A stretch of 64,000 bases of DNA, taken from assembly GCF_006345805.1 (NCBI RefSeq), contig NC_042997.1, positions 78,988,001 through 79,052,000 on the forward strand, written 5' to 3'. The notes under the pieces are model-generated. The model did no database searches and was not told the DNA's origin. It saw only the letters and a list, made by a program, of their open reading frames with translations. The stretch comes from Octopus sinensis. Lineage: Eukaryota. Below, one piece after another: positions 1-13,699 of the stretch. The stretch's first letter is position 1; every line of letters starts with the position of its first letter. The position numbers were made by a program, and so were the translations under genes.

Positions 1-3000
1 TTTCATTAGAGTTAAGATGCTTCATCTTTCTGTGATGTTAGGTGCAGGTCTAGCTTTCAATGGGACTTGTGGCAGTCCTAAAACCACTAGCAATAATATT
101 TTTTTTGTCATGATATAAAGAAGAAAGGCTTAGAGAAGGGACTCATAGAAGCTGATGCATAAGGGGTATGTATATAACATACATATAATTTCTTGAGTAT
201 TTTGGCATATATTTCTTTCATTATTGATAATTTCTAAAACATATATATTTTTAAATATATATATATAATCACATTTTCTAAATATTTTATTTTGTAGTCC
301 AGCCAGAAATAATAAAATATTTCTTAGTTTGTCTTTGTTTATACAACTGATATATTCTAAATGCCCATAAAGCAGTCTTTGTAAAGTCATCAATCTCCAA
401 AAAATAAGTCAAATCTTCCTCAGATCAAGTCAGAAGATCATATTAGATATCATCATCATCCAGTGTTTTTAATCTGGGTTTTGTTCCCGTTAACAGAGGT
501 GGTTGGATCTACCTCAATGCCATTGCAACTGAGGTAGGCAGGTGCAACCCACCCCAGCCATTGGTCTGGTTGGTGCCCATTCTCCTTTGGTATCATGAGG
601 CTTTCTTGGAGCTAGATTTTCTACAGGGAGCATGCCCTTACTTACCCCCAACCTCAGTTTCTAGACAAAAGTGGTCCCGAGACCAAGGCCTCTACCATGA
701 TTTTAAAGAAATGTGGTGGAAAACTAGCTCAGGAAGGCAGGGACACTACTACCTGAGACCCCTTTTGGAGCCCCCTACCTAGATAATATAGTCCAAAATA
801 TATAAAATAAACAGGATGGTCATGTCTAGAATGATTCTAGATTGGGGTTAAACAACAGTATGTAATTTCTAAATATTTATAATTAGAATTTCTTATTTTG
901 TAATTTAATCAAGCATAAGAAAATATTTCTTAGCTTTGCTTCATTTTTCCAGGTAATATACATGAATGCTATGGGAAATTTTCGGTTACTAACCAGTGTA
1001 TTGAATTATAGTATACTTTCAATCTGTCCTGATAGCTATATTTCTCAGTTAAATGTTATCCAATACAACAACAGATTATAGCTGGTCAGCAAAAGACACT
1101 GATAAATAGTGGCTGATGTAATTGATTAGACCCCTTGGGGACTGTGCTTGAGCCTGTCTGTAGTGCAATTATTGAAACCAATTATTTTTATTAGGAACCT
1201 TAGTTATCTATCCTATTTATACACTGAAGGTATGATAGTTTTTCATGAAACCTCACATAAACCATGTCATTCATTTTTAGGTGACCTTCACATTGATTAG
1301 TCTTAATGATTACTCCATCTTCCTTAATATAACATTTGTCTTAACATAGTTTATGAATCATGGCAACAACTTTTTTCAACTATATTTTGTTCTCAACAAT
1401 GGAAAAAACAAAATTTCTTTAAATCTTCACAAACTACTCCTATCTTTTTTTTCCTATTTATTCTGATTATTTACTCAACTTTTGTTATAATCTTCTAGTA
1501 ATAAATGATACTTGATTAATTTTAGTTACAGACATCTTAAGTAATTGTAGGTCAACTTGATAGTTTCACATTATACACAGAGCTGGTTATTCTCCTGTTG
1601 TCCACTTAAATTCATATTTCTTCTGTTGCATAATTTCTTTAAGATGTAAAGCAGAACTGTTGTCATAAGAATGTTAATTTTCATGCTGAAAACATCCTGA
1701 TCCCCCAAACTCCCAGTGTTCATTGGTTTAATAGATTTGTTAGAAATAGATTTTTGTTGTGCTTAAGGTCAACAACACAGTATACATTATAAATATCAGC
1801 AAATTTTTATTGCTCCAAATGGTCCATCTCAGCAGAGCTTAATATACTTCATAGTACTTTTGATAATGGAAAGAAATACAACTTAATGATAATTCAATTT
1901 AGGATCTTATATCAAAATTTGGTTTTTACTGTTGTTACTAGTTTTTTTAGTATGACTTAGAGAAGAATATGACAGTTGAGAGATGAATGCTTCCCTTTTG
2001 AATATGGTGTAGCTGAATGGATCTATTTTGAATATATGGTCTGTATGTTATGGGTAGAATATGGGAGAGGGTTGTCCAGAATTTGAGTATTTGTGTGGTG
2101 TGCTTTGACTGGGTCTAAGTACCCATTTTCTTTTTGAAAAGACACACATTTATATATCACTTTGTTCCCATCTGTTGTTTTCCCATCACGCTCAATGTAA
2201 AGCATGTTTATGTAACATGTTTGTGTAATGTCCTCACATCCATTGCCTTTGTGGCAATAAAAGTAATCATTTTCATATCTAAGTTGCAGTGACTAAATAT
2301 TGATGCTGCATAAGGTTTAGCCCATTTTCACAAATTTCTCTGACAAAAATTTAAAATTTCGTTAGTATTCATGACATTATCCAGAAAATTGAATCTAAAA
2401 TCTCAGTCTCTCCCCTAATTATGTAGGATAAAACTGTTTTACCTGTTGTCTGCAGTCAGGGGTGAAACATATCAACTTAAATGTCAACAAATTTGAGTGT
2501 TGATAAGGGCAAAGTAGTGGGAGGTAACCTTGGTAGCAATAGTACAGAAATTATTGCTTGCTTTTAGAGCTTTTATTAGAAACTTTTTTGGATAAGTGTA
2601 GCAACATATGTGTTTGTTGATTCTGACACCATCAGTATACAGCAGTAAGGCAGAGAGTAGCACTGCTTTGAGCAGCAACACTGAGGGCAAAAGGAATATT
2701 AACAACCACCACAACATGCCAAATAGCAGCAGCAAATGAAATGATAAGAGCAACAATAACAACAAGTATTTTTACTGTAAAATGACATCCTGGCATGAAG
2801 GGAAGTGGTAGTAACAGCACCAAAGGCAGAAAATAACAGCAACAACAGTATTAATATGTCCACAGTACCCCACCACCAATTTAACAAGTCAGCCTACTGC
2901 TACATCTACAAAAAACACTACCACCAACAGCAACATATTAGTGAACATAAAAATATGGAAGCCAAGACTAGGAAAAACAACACACCTACAGCACAACTTC

Positions 3001-4038
3001 TGCTACAGTTGCAAGCAATGCCATCACCACATCTTCCAATGTAACTACCAGCTCTGTCACCTTCAAAGGCTGTCTCAGTGGCAGAAGTAGTAATAATGAT
3101 AGACACAATATAGCTTCCACAAGGGGTCTATGTCTTTTACAAGTACAGTAAGGGTCTTGTAAAGGAGAGCAGAGGATTTGTCCAACAGGACCACAGGTAA
3201 GTTACTCTGCCCTTGTTACAAGTATTGGTAGATGATATTTGTAGATGCACAGTGACATATCAATGCATAATTACAGAAAGTTGGAGAGTGGAAAAAACCA
3301 ATGCATTGCCAGGTGGAAAAGTACCTGAAAGCAATATGGATGGAAAATATTTTTGTTATTCACTGTAGTTATGTGGAATGGTGGTGGTTAGATTCCTCTC
3401 TGAGGGTAAACCCATAAGTCAGTTCCCTTCCTTAGTTAAGTGCAAGGATTTCATCCTCATATCATCATACATGGTCTGGTGAGAGTGGTGAAAATGTCAG
3501 AAATAGCTGTTTTAAGCAATGGAATGACATCTCAGTAATTATGAAAGTCCACTCATTTGAGAACAAGAGTGGTTTAGGATGGAGATAGTACTCTTGATCC
3601 AAACATAGCAGGAATCAAACTTCTCCAGTTTGATCAAGCTGCCAAACAACATCCAGCTGTATGTGATAGAAGGGAGAAGGTACTGCACATATGGTGCTAA
3701 CAACCACCTGATTGGTTCTCTATTTATGGCAGAGAGTAAAACATAGAGAGGACAAAGTCTATACTAATTTTTAAGTCATAAACTATAGATTTTTTATTGA
3801 GTTCAGAGCCAACACTGTAAGTTGCGATATTTCATATATGAATATGCATATACAGCCGCCATCCATTATGTATTTTTCTTTATCTTTGATTACATTGTTT
3901 ACAGAGATGTATTTGTATTCATAACTTACAGTGTTGGCTCTGAATTCTATAGAAAATCTGTAGTTTATCACTTAAAAATGAGAATATCTCACTGCTAACG
4001 CAAAAAGTAAGGCACAATACTGACTTGTAAACCTTTAA

Positions 4039-7000
4039 CCCTTTAGTGTTTAAACTGATCACATCCAGTCAAAATGTTCTACCTGTTTTATGTTCAAACT
4101 GGCCTCTCATACCAACACTACAATCATCATCATCATCATCATCATCGTTTAGCGTCTGCTTTCCATGCTAGCATGGGTTGGACGGTTCAACTGGAGTCTG
4201 GGAAGCCAGAAGGCTGCACCAGGCCCAGTTTGATCTGGCAATGTTTCTATGGCTGGATGCCCTTCCTAACGCCAACCACTCTATGAGTGTAGTGGGTGCT
4301 TTTTACGTGCCACTGGCATGGAGACCAGATGAAGCTGGCAACGGCCACGATCGGATAGTGCTTTTTATGTGCCAGGCGAGGCTGGCAACGGCCACGAACG
4401 GATGGTGCTTTTTACGTGCCACCGGCACAAGGCCAGTCGGGGTGGCGCTGGCAACGACCACGAACGGATGGTGCTTTTTACGTGCCACTGGCACGAGGCC
4501 AGTCAGAGCAGCGCTGGCAACAGCCACGTTCGGATGGTTTTCTTACGTGCCACCGGCATTGGTATCTCAGCTGCAATTTCCATTGATTGATTTCGATTCT
4601 GATTCTCACTTGCCTCAACAGGTCTTCACATGTAGAGTTTTGTGTTCCAAGAAGGGAAGGTATGCATAAGTGGACTGGCTACATCCCGTGTAGAAGGCCA
4701 CGGGTTAAGGTCTCACTTGTCCTGCCAGGTCTTCTCATGCACAGCATACTTCCAGAGGTCTTGGTCTCTAGTCATTTCCTCAGTGAGACCTAAAGTTCGA
4801 AGGTCGTGCTTCACCACCTCGTCCCAGGTTTTCCTGGGTCTGCCTCTTCCACAGGTTCCCTCAACCGCTAGGGTGTGGCACTTTTTCACACAACTATCTT
4901 CATCCATTCTCACCACATGTCCATACCAGCGCAAACATCTCTCTTGCACACCACATCTGATGCTTCTTAGGTCCAGCTTTTCTCTCAAGGTACTTACACT
5001 CTATCGAGTATGAACACTGACATTACACATCCATCGGAGCATACTGGCTTCATTTCTTGCGAGCTTACGCATATCCTCAGCAGTCACGGCCCATGTTTCA
5101 CTGCCATGTAGCATGGCTGTTTGTACACACGCGTCATACAGTCTGCCTTTTACTCTGAGTGAGAGGCCTTTTGTCACCAGCAGAGGTAAGAGCTCTCTGA
5201 ACTTTGCCCAAGCTATTCTTACTTTAGCAGTTACACTTTCAGCACACCCGCCCCCGCTGCTGACTTGGTCACCTAGGTAACGGAAGCTATCAACTATTTC
5301 TAGTTTTTCTGCCTGGAAAGTGACAGAAGTTGGTCTCAGAGCATTTTCAGTGTTTATTGTTCCTGAGCATCTGCCACATACAAAAACTATCTTCCTAGTT
5401 AGCTTTCCTTTGACATTGCTGCACCTCTTATGTGTCCATAGCTTACACTTGGTGCATCTTATAGAGTTTCTACCTACAACTTTTCTACAGATTGAGCAGG
5501 GCCATCTACCTGAAGGCGTTTGTGATTAGTTTACCTTCCTACTTATTTGGACTTTGGTTTTAGCTAGATTGATTCTACGGCCCTTCGATTCTAATCCTTG
5601 CTTCCACACCTGAAACTTCTCCTCTAGTTCTGATTGTGACTCAGCAATTAGAGCAAGGTCATCAGCATAGAGGAACTCCCAAGGGCATCCTGTCTTGAAT
5701 TCCTCCATTATTGCCTGGAGGACTATGATAAATAGGAGGGGGCTGAGGACTGAGCCTTGGTGGACCCCTACCTCTACCCAGAATTCTTCACTGTACTCGT
5801 TGCCAACCCGCACTTTACTAGCAGCGTCCCTGTACATGGCTCGCACAGCTCTCACTAACCATTCATCTATCCCTAGTTTCCTCATTGACCACCAGATAAG
5901 GGATCGGGGGGGACCCTGTCGAAGGCTTTCTCCATGTCAACAAAAGCCAGGTACAGGGGCTTATCTTTGGCTAGGTATTTCTCCTGCAGCTGCCTTACCA
6001 GGAATATAGCATCAGTGATACTTTTCCTTGGCACGAACCCAAACTGCATCTCATCTAAACTAACTCTCTCTCTAATTAGTTGGGCTATGACCCTCTCCGT
6101 AACCTTCATTACCTGATCCAACAGCTTGATACCTCTGTAATTATTTGTATCTAGGGTGTCACCTTTACCTTTGTAGCAGTTGACTATTATGCTGCTACAC
6201 CAGTCATTGGGTATGACTCCTTCGTATATCACCTGATTAACTATACGAGTGACTAGGCTATAGCCGACACTACCAGATATTTTGAGCATCTCTGCAGTGA
6301 TTCCTGATGGGCCTGGGGCTTTCCCTGTCTTCATGCTTCTAATTGCCTTAACTACCAAGGAACTGTCAACTCGTATAGCTGGTCCCTCTGTTGGGTCAAC
6401 ATTCGGCAGACTCTCTTTATCCCATTCATTTTCTTTATTCAGCAACCTTTCATAGTGGCGTCTCCAAACCTCTCTCTCTGCATCCTCATTAAGCGCAAGT
6501 GAACCATCTTCCATACGAACTTACTTCTCTCCTACCACATCACAATTCTCTCTCACACACTGTCTTGCAACACGAAACACCTCCAGTCTTTGGTCCTCAC
6601 GGCGCAGAACATTGGCAAATTTTTTCTTATCTGCTTCCCCTCTGGCTAGATAGACCTGTCTCCTAGCTTCCCTTTTGGCAGTCTGATACAATTCCATGCT
6701 ACCACCATTCTTCCAGTCCTTCCAAGTCTGTTTCTTTTCTCTAATAGCCCTGTCTACAACACTGTTCCACCACCACGTTACCTTGGGACGAGAGGGGACT
6801 TTGCACCAGCCACAGATCTGGTCAGTGGCTCTCAGCAGGTTGTCCCTTAGAAACGTCCAGTTACCTTCTACCCCATGTGATACTCTATCCCCTTCTACTT
6901 CATCAAAGGCTTCAAGTAGCATGTCCCTAAATCTCTGTCCATTCACAAGATCTTTAAGCTTCCAGATCCTTCTTCTCCATGTTGGTCGTCTTCTGGTTGT

Positions 7001-7372
7001 CCTCTTAGTCCTGATCCTAAAGTCACTAACTACCAGTCTATGTTGTGGGGTACATTCTTCGCCTGGGAAGGTTTTGGTATTTATAAGCAGCCATCTCTCC
7101 CTTTGCCTGGCAAGGATGTAGTCAATTTGGCTGGTATGTTGGCCCGATCGGTAGGTAATTAGGTGGCTTGTAGGTTTCCTGAAGTTAGTGTTGCAAATCA
7201 TAAGATTATTTGCATCACAGAACTCCAGTAGCCTGGTTCCCTCCTCGTTGCGCGTTCATAAAATAAACAGTCATACCATTGATATCTCAAAGCTACAAGA
7301 TAATGTGAAATAAATTCAAAACAATGTGAAGAAATAAACATTACACTTGATAGTAATCTGAATGCTAAAGGG
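4039..7372. mobile_element. piggyBac-type MITE (halves 4039-4123 and 7257-7372) interrupted by an RTE LINE
   Basis: TTAA|CCCTTTAG at 4035-4046 and CTAAAGGG|TTAA at 7365-7376: matching TIR ends with a TTAA target duplication. Confidence 0.75.
4124..7256 (-). mobile_element. RTE-clade LINE, 5'-truncated and frameshifted
   Basis: Minus-strand ORFs carry the APE C-terminus (SQIDYIL, HRLVVSDF) and RT motifs (KAPGPSG, FVDMEKAFDRV, GVHQGSVLSPLLF, LYADD, LRWYGHV). The 3' UTR has ~55-bp tandem repeats at ~4290-4560 and an (ATG)n tail, seen as (CAT)n at 4124-4146. Confidence 0.93.
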
Positions 7373-7540
7373 TTAATATACTGGATCATACATTATGGTT
7401 GCAAAATTAAATACTGTGTTATCGCTAGTTTAGTATGGTGTGGTCATCACTCCAGTAGTAGTTTTCTCTGTACAAAATGTTAATGCGGATGCAAGGTCAA
7501 GAATAATAAAGAAATCATTCTTAAACTTCACAAATAATTT

Positions 7541-7933
7541 CATCATCATCATCATCATTGTTTAACGTCCGTTTTCCATGCTAGCATGGGTTGGATGGTT
7601 CAACTGGGGTCTGGGAAGCCTGAAGGCTGCACCAGGCCCAGTCTTATCTGGCATTGTTTCTACAGCTGGATGCCCTTCCTAACGCCAACCACTCCGTGAG
7701 TGTAGTGGGTGCTTTTTACGTACCACCTGCACAGGTGCCAGATGAGGCTGGCAAACGGCCACGATCGGATGGTGCTTTTTACATGCCACTGGCACGGAGG
7801 CCAGTCGGGGCGGCGCTGGCAACGGCCACGTTCGGATGGCTCTCTTATGTGCCATCGGCACTGGTATCACAGCTACAATTTCCATTGATGTTGATCAATT
7901 TTGATTTTTGATTTTCTCTTGCCTCAATAGGTC
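7541..7933 (-). mobile_element. RTE 3'-end fragment or RTE-tail SINE-like copy
   Basis: Close similarity to 4124-4620, including the (CAT)n tail and the tgcca/tggca repeat units. Confidence 0.85.
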
Positions 7934-9012
7934 AATTATAGATAAGAACAGACACAAGTTCACCAAGAATATTCTTCAAGTGAAGCTGCACAGAAATGTG
8001 AAAAGTTACATACAATATTTTGCCTAGTTGCCTGCATGAAAAAGATGCAACAGAAAGAGTATGAAGGAAATTCGCACCACGAATGGATTGTTAGTGACGC
8101 AAGAGAAATCCATACACATATGTAACATAAAGTCGCTGCTAGAAGCCATCTACTTAGCTTATACCACATGTAGACAAGTATAGTTGCTCTCCATAACAAG
8201 GATGTGAACAGGTCGGATTCGGTGTAGCAGAGAGAGAAAGAACAAATCTCTCTGTCCCATATATAAGCTGAAAGACTACTGGCTCCCCCTGGTGAATAAA
8301 GCTTTTCTAGGATGGTCCATGCCATATTGGCATTACTAAAAGGGACATAACTCTGCTATTCTTGGAATATTCTAGAATGTTCACCAAGTGAGGTCACTGG
8401 TGTTGAATCCCCTGGCTTCCAGAGAACCGTAAATAGAACAATGACAAAATCTGTTTCAATTTACATTATGCCTACACAAGTAATTAATAAAGCCTATACT
8501 TGTGCCAACACCATTACCACAACAAGAACAATAATAACAGCAGCAAAAATGACAGTAGCAGTGACTAGAAGGACAGTTCCATCATTACAAACAAGTTCTC
8601 CCTCCCTCACAAGTCCACTAAAACACTTATACATGTACTCACATATCCACTCATAACCCTGTTTCAGGCTTTTCTGCATCAAAGACCTTGTTGTGTGATG
8701 CGGTTGAGACAAGTCTGTTGGTCATTGTAACATAAAAATTAAAGGCTTTCCAAGATCAAAGTCAGAAGGCTCACTGGTACAGAAATTAAAAAAAAAAAGA
8801 AAAAAGGCTTATCACCAATAGCAATACCTAACCTGCAGCCTCACTATCAACAGTGCAGGGCAACACACAAACTCAATCACCTGACACCTTGGGTGCCTTT
8901 AGTGGAGTCCATAATGTTGCAAGCATTCAGGTTAAGACTCTGGTTTCTCCTGACTGAAAGGTTTATAATTTTAAAAATCACTGCAAAAGGTAACAACAAA
9001 ATCAGAAATACT

Positions 9013-9154
9013 CTGTGGTAAGAAGTTTGCTTATCAAATATGGTTCCAGGTTCAGTCCCACTGTGTGGCGCCTCAGGCAAGTGTCTTCTGCTATAACTTC
9101 GAGCCAATCAAAGCCTTGTGAGTGGATTTGGTAGATGAAAGGTGGAAGAAGCCC
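9013..9154 (+). mobile_element. tRNA-derived SINE
   Basis: ctgtggtaagaagtttgctt...ggttcagtcccactgtgtggc...aagccttgtgagtggatttggtaga. The same family recurs at 12261, 32190 (-) and 56575. Confidence 0.75.
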
Positions 9155-9231
9155 ATACATATACAGATACATCACATACACACACATATAGTGAGAGAGA
9201 GATAATACATACATGCTTATACACTCATATA

Positions 9232-10046
9232 CAAGGTGCGGTGGGTAAATTGTCGCCATTTTATATTTTTCATTTTGTGCATGTGCATTATTTGTTTCTG
9301 ATTTTGTCAACTACATAGTATAGTATAGTGAGTTGGGCACCGTCTATGAGTAAAACAGCACTATGACACAATTCACTCTGCCAGAAATACCATGCTGTAC
9401 TGCTTGGCATTCACACTGGAAGCTCCAATACGAACATTTCACGGTGTTTGGGTTTCAATCTGAGAATGATAAAAATCAAACATCCCATCAACATCATTTG
9501 GAGTGATCACTAGTGATGGTGACATTATGCCTCCATTCATCTTCATACATGACCTCACACTCAACATAGAGGCTTACATCAAGTGCCTGGGTCAAGAGGG
9601 TGGCTGCTGGAAGACCCTATGTCTGGCAACAGGACTCTGCACTATGCCACACAAGCAGGAGAACTCAGTGATGGCTGTCAGACAATTTCTGCAACCACAT
9701 CATCCCTAACATCTGGCCAGACTGACATCCTCTTGATTATTATGTGTGGGGCGCAGTAGAGTGAGAGTCCAACAAAACTCCTTGTAACACCAAAGATGAA
9801 CTGAAGGTAAGGATTATGGCAGCGTTCACCAACTTAAACAAAGAGGCCATTCAGAAAAGTTACAAGAGATTCCTAAGTTGTCTGGAGGCCATGATTGAAA
9901 ACAATGGCGATTTTATTGAATATATTTACTCTGTAGTATTTCAAGATATTTTTATGTGATTTTGGGAAATTTATCTGTTAAAATGAGATGTCAGTTTTAT
10001 TTACATTTTTGTGTAATTTAGACGATAGTTTATTCACCACACCCTG
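9232..10046 (+). mobile_element. Internally deleted Tc1/mariner (maT/DD37D-like) transposon
   Basis: Imperfect TIRs CAAGGTGCGGTGGGTAAATTGTCG and CGATAGTTTATTCACCACACCCTG, each flanked by TA. Decayed transposase ITSDGDIMPPFIF..LTLN.EAYIKCL, with downstream QDSA.CH- and DYYVWGAVE-like motifs. Confidence 0.8.
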
Positions 10047-11163
10047 TATATACACACATACACATATATATATATACGTGTGTGTGTAAAGAGTGTATTT
10101 AATATTTTTTTTAATTACCAAATAAGAATGGCCAAGGATGTATTGTTAGATTTCCTTTTATATTTGAAAGAAGAAATCTGGTTATAATACTTTAATTTAA
10201 ATTTTATAGATGTGGCACCTATATATTGGTGTGTTTTATGGTGAATAAGCATTTATAAATTGTTTTCTGAAAACATTTATTATTTAAAGGGCAAGATGTT
10301 TTTATTCAACAATTATGTAATTTAATTGAATTTGGTTTTGTTATATGATCAATTTTCAATATGATTATTATGGTAATTATTATTGTTATTATGATCAGTA
10401 GTATTATTAAAGTCATACCTAATATTATTATCGTTATAATTATCATGATGGTTAATATGGTTATAATCACCACTGTTACTATTATTGGTAGTAATAGTAG
10501 CTGTAATGTTAGTATTATCAGAAATCAGTTATAGTTGAAGAAGTAGTAATATTAATAGTAATATTACTAGGATTAGAAGTTGCATTGATACTATTATGAA
10601 TATTATTATTACAAGGATAATAATTATTAATGTTAAGTTTTTTTATAATTTGAGGAAAATATATCACTTAAGTTAGGCATTGTGGAATAGAGATTTACCC
10701 TACCTACCTACATAATATATACACACACATCACACACACGCATACATGCACACACGCACCTGTTTGTACCCTACCAGTGTTGGTGTGTTTACATCCCTGT
10801 AACTTATCAGTTCAGCAGAAGTGACTGATAGAACAAGCACCAGGCTTTAAAAAAAAGTACTGGGGTTGATTTGCCTGACAGGAATCCTTTAAGGTGGTGC
10901 CCCAACATGGCCACAGTTTAATGACTGAAACAAAAGATGAAAGAAAAGATAAAAGAAATATTCAAAAAAACCACCCCTTGTCATACATTCATAGTCTTTG
11001 GATCTAATTTGTTTAGGTTGTTTTATGTAGAATTCATCCTTTCACTAAATTTTTATTCCTCATTTTTAATTTTCAATTAATGAAGATTATTAGCTCAAAT
11101 ACTAAATTGTTTGTTTTTGATTTCTGTCTCATATTTTGTTTCTTTCTAATATTTTATTTTTAG

Positions 11164-11226
11164 TATTCTGGTTTTCAACAAACTGCTGATAAATGCTGTG
11201 TTTGTGGTCATTTGATCATGGATATG
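11164..11226 (+). CDS. WTIP: Ajuba/LIMD1/WTIP-family LIM protein, internal exon (end of LIM1 linker, start of LIM2)
   Basis: ttttag|TATTCT...GATATG|gtaggt. 63 nt encoding YSGFQQTADKCCVCGHLIMDM, which matches the Ajuba/WTIP LIM1-LIM2 junction. Phase 0/0. The symbol denotes the family; upstream exons were not found in the window. Confidence 0.92.
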
Positions 11227-11384
11227 GTAGGTGTTACTTCTCTGCATATATGCATTTGCCTAAATTTTTTTTAGAGTTACTTTCATTTTAACAATGATTG
11301 TGTGTGTTTTTTAGTAGTGTCTCATCCATTCTGTATTTTGTATCTTAAAAGTTCTAACCTTTTGGTAAAATAATTATGTAGGCA

Positions 11385-12150
11385 TCCAGTCACTCACCAT
11401 TGGTCCTTCACTTTTGAGAACTTTGGCAAAAGTAGTGTTACTGCACTTGATATCAGTGATGTCTTTGTTCCCTACATGAGAACCATTAGCTAAGTTGCCT
11501 GCCTATGTCCTGCATTTATCTTTAGATTGTAAGCTTGTCTGACTACATCATTACTGTGCATACTAACTAGGTTATCTGTCCATAAACTCTTATCAGCTTT
11601 AGTGTACTCTCCCTTCTGTACATTAAAGAATTACTTATTGTTACTTATACACACACTTATGCAGTTGAAATTACCCTTTATTGCTCCCTAACTTTCTGCA
11701 TTTAAGCATCTTCTGTGTGAAACTGAAACACTATGCCAGATATACAATACTTCTATGAACTGGTGACATGATATCAAAGAAATGTTATTGTACCTTTATA
11801 CTCTCTAGCTATGAACAATACAAAATATAAATCCTCTAACTCATTTCAAATGCAAAGTTTTACAATCTCCACATGTCCAAAACTGCACCAAAAAGACTAG
11901 AGTGTGTCTATAGTGCTGAGTAGTCATCACCTTGATCAGTTGCTGACTGTCTACAAAACTTAAGACCCGTATTTAAATCACTAATTCATAAGTTTCTTAC
12001 TCCTCAGAATTAGCATACCTCTCCACCAATGTTCACTGGTATCACCTGTCCTTCCTCTTCCCTTCACCTTAAGTAAACCTTACACTAAGCACTTCACCTA
12101 TATTAACTTACAGATGTCAATACAGACAGAATCAAGCTAAATATCTACTT
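11385..12150 (+). mobile_element. Old CR1/L2-like LINE RT fragment
   Basis: Translation THHWSFTFENFGKSSVTALDISDVF resembles the RT motif ALDISKAFD; heavily decayed and the end is approximate. Confidence 0.5.
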
Positions 12151-12260
12151 TATTAATTTCTTTTATTTGAGAAGACCCACAGAGATCATAAACATTACCT
12201 CTTCTCTGATTCATAAAAAAAAATATCAGAAGTCTAAATTTAATTGTATTTCTTAGTATA

Positions 12261-12405
12261 GCGGACATGGCTGTATGGTAAGAAGTTTGCTTCGCAGCCA
12301 CATAGTTCCAGGTTCAGTTCCACTGTGTGGTACATTGGGAAAGTGTCTTCTATTATAGCATTGGGACAACTAAAGTGTTGTGAGCAGAAACTGAAAGAAG
12401 CCTGT
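12261..12405 (+). mobile_element. tRNA-derived SINE
   Basis: Same family as 9013; ends in a (TA)n tract. Confidence 0.75.
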
Positions 12406-12438
<33 letters not shown>

Positions 12439-12614
12439 GAAGGAAATGAATTTCCTATAACGAACAATAAGTTAGCACTCAGTAAATAGAGCTAAGAGAA
12501 TATAGAGTAATGTAGGATTCAATGAAAAGGCAACTTTCGAGATATTACAGCCTAAAAACAGATTATTTTCCTCAATATATTTTTCGAAAGACACAATTCA
12601 TTAGATAAAATATT

Positions 12615-13460
12615 CATCTGTATGAGATTGCCTGAAATTGTGAATCTGTTCTAAAACATAAAAAGATTGGAGGTTAAATGTACACGGTCAATGCATAGCT
12701 AAATTTAAAATATTTCCTTATTTGTAAAGTTAAAAAAATTATTTAAGAGATTTTAAAAGACATCATACTTGGACAAGGTGTCCCATGTTGTGATAAAACT
12801 TTGTTCAGATAACTAAAATAAATTCTAAAATGAGGGTTAGATATACTACAAATCTTACAGAATAATGATGCTTTCATGGCTATTCTAAAACATATGGGGT
12901 TGGCTATATTTTAATGATAAAAAAATGTTAAAGTTGAAAAATACCTATGTTTACAAAATATTGAAGCATACAAAATCGTATTTAATAGTATTTTTCTACT
13001 CATATGAAGTGTATTAATGGATTCTTTAGTGCATAATCTAATAATCTACGCATTCTTGGGTGTATTTTATATGGAGTAGTTTGAGTAATTATTGACCTAT
13101 CTAGTTTAGATTATCTATGTGTCTTTGCTAGTGCTATTGAATTTTTCATGCTCAGGCTTGCAAATGAATTTTTATGCTCCCTATATCTAGTTTTAAAGCC
13201 TATTGTACTCCCTATGTAGATTTTCTTGGGTTCTTTTGAGGTACTTACTTCACACTTATAGACTACTTTTTTTTTCAAACAGGACCCTTTAACGGGCAAA
13301 ATTCTGGGGATCGCCAATTACAGGTTTGTTTTATGAAATTCAATTTACCACTCTTCTGATTACGTTCCATGGATTCCCTTTCCAAAGTATTCTTTTTAAG
13401 TTTAAATCTATTATTAGCAGCAATGATGAAGCCTAAATTTGGTGGTGTTGAATATGACAA
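12615..13460 (-). mobile_element. Penelope-like element 3' fragment (Neptune-type Cys linker plus GIY-YIG endonuclease), left arm of an inverted pair
   Basis: YSTPPNL...TCN(W)RSPEFCPLKG-SCLKKKVVYKCEV...KIYIGSTIGFKTRYREHKNSF; VVY, YIG and R-Y-x-E-H are GIY-YIG motifs. Confidence 0.85.
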
Positions 13461-13699
13461 TTTTAAACTAGATTTGTTAAAGATGGTGAGATATAATTAT
13501 GATCCTGATGAAAGTTTTTTGCAATGATCTTAAAGAATAATTTGGGGAGGTTCTCAACTTGAAGGGAAAAAGGCGGGGTGAACCAAATTATTTCCTATTT
13601 TCTAGTTGGGTTATTTCTAACCTGCCTATTTCTTACTGAATTTATTATAAAGTTATAATTAAAAGGTTGATGATATCTCTCATGTATATGGGGAATCTG

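Noticed and set aside
2480-3110. Overlapping ORFs rich in L/C/T/Q
   Set aside because: Degenerate CAA/CAG/TAG trinucleotide low-complexity DNA; no domain recognisable.
3120-3202. Strong donor CAG|GTAAGT with a short open frame upstream
   Set aside because: The translation (QGVYVFYKYSKG...) has no LIM-family similarity and there is no convincing acceptor.
1-11163. Search for upstream LIM1 or N-terminal exons of the LIM gene
   Set aside because: No segment encoding the expected LIM1 residues was found; these exons are probably upstream of the window.
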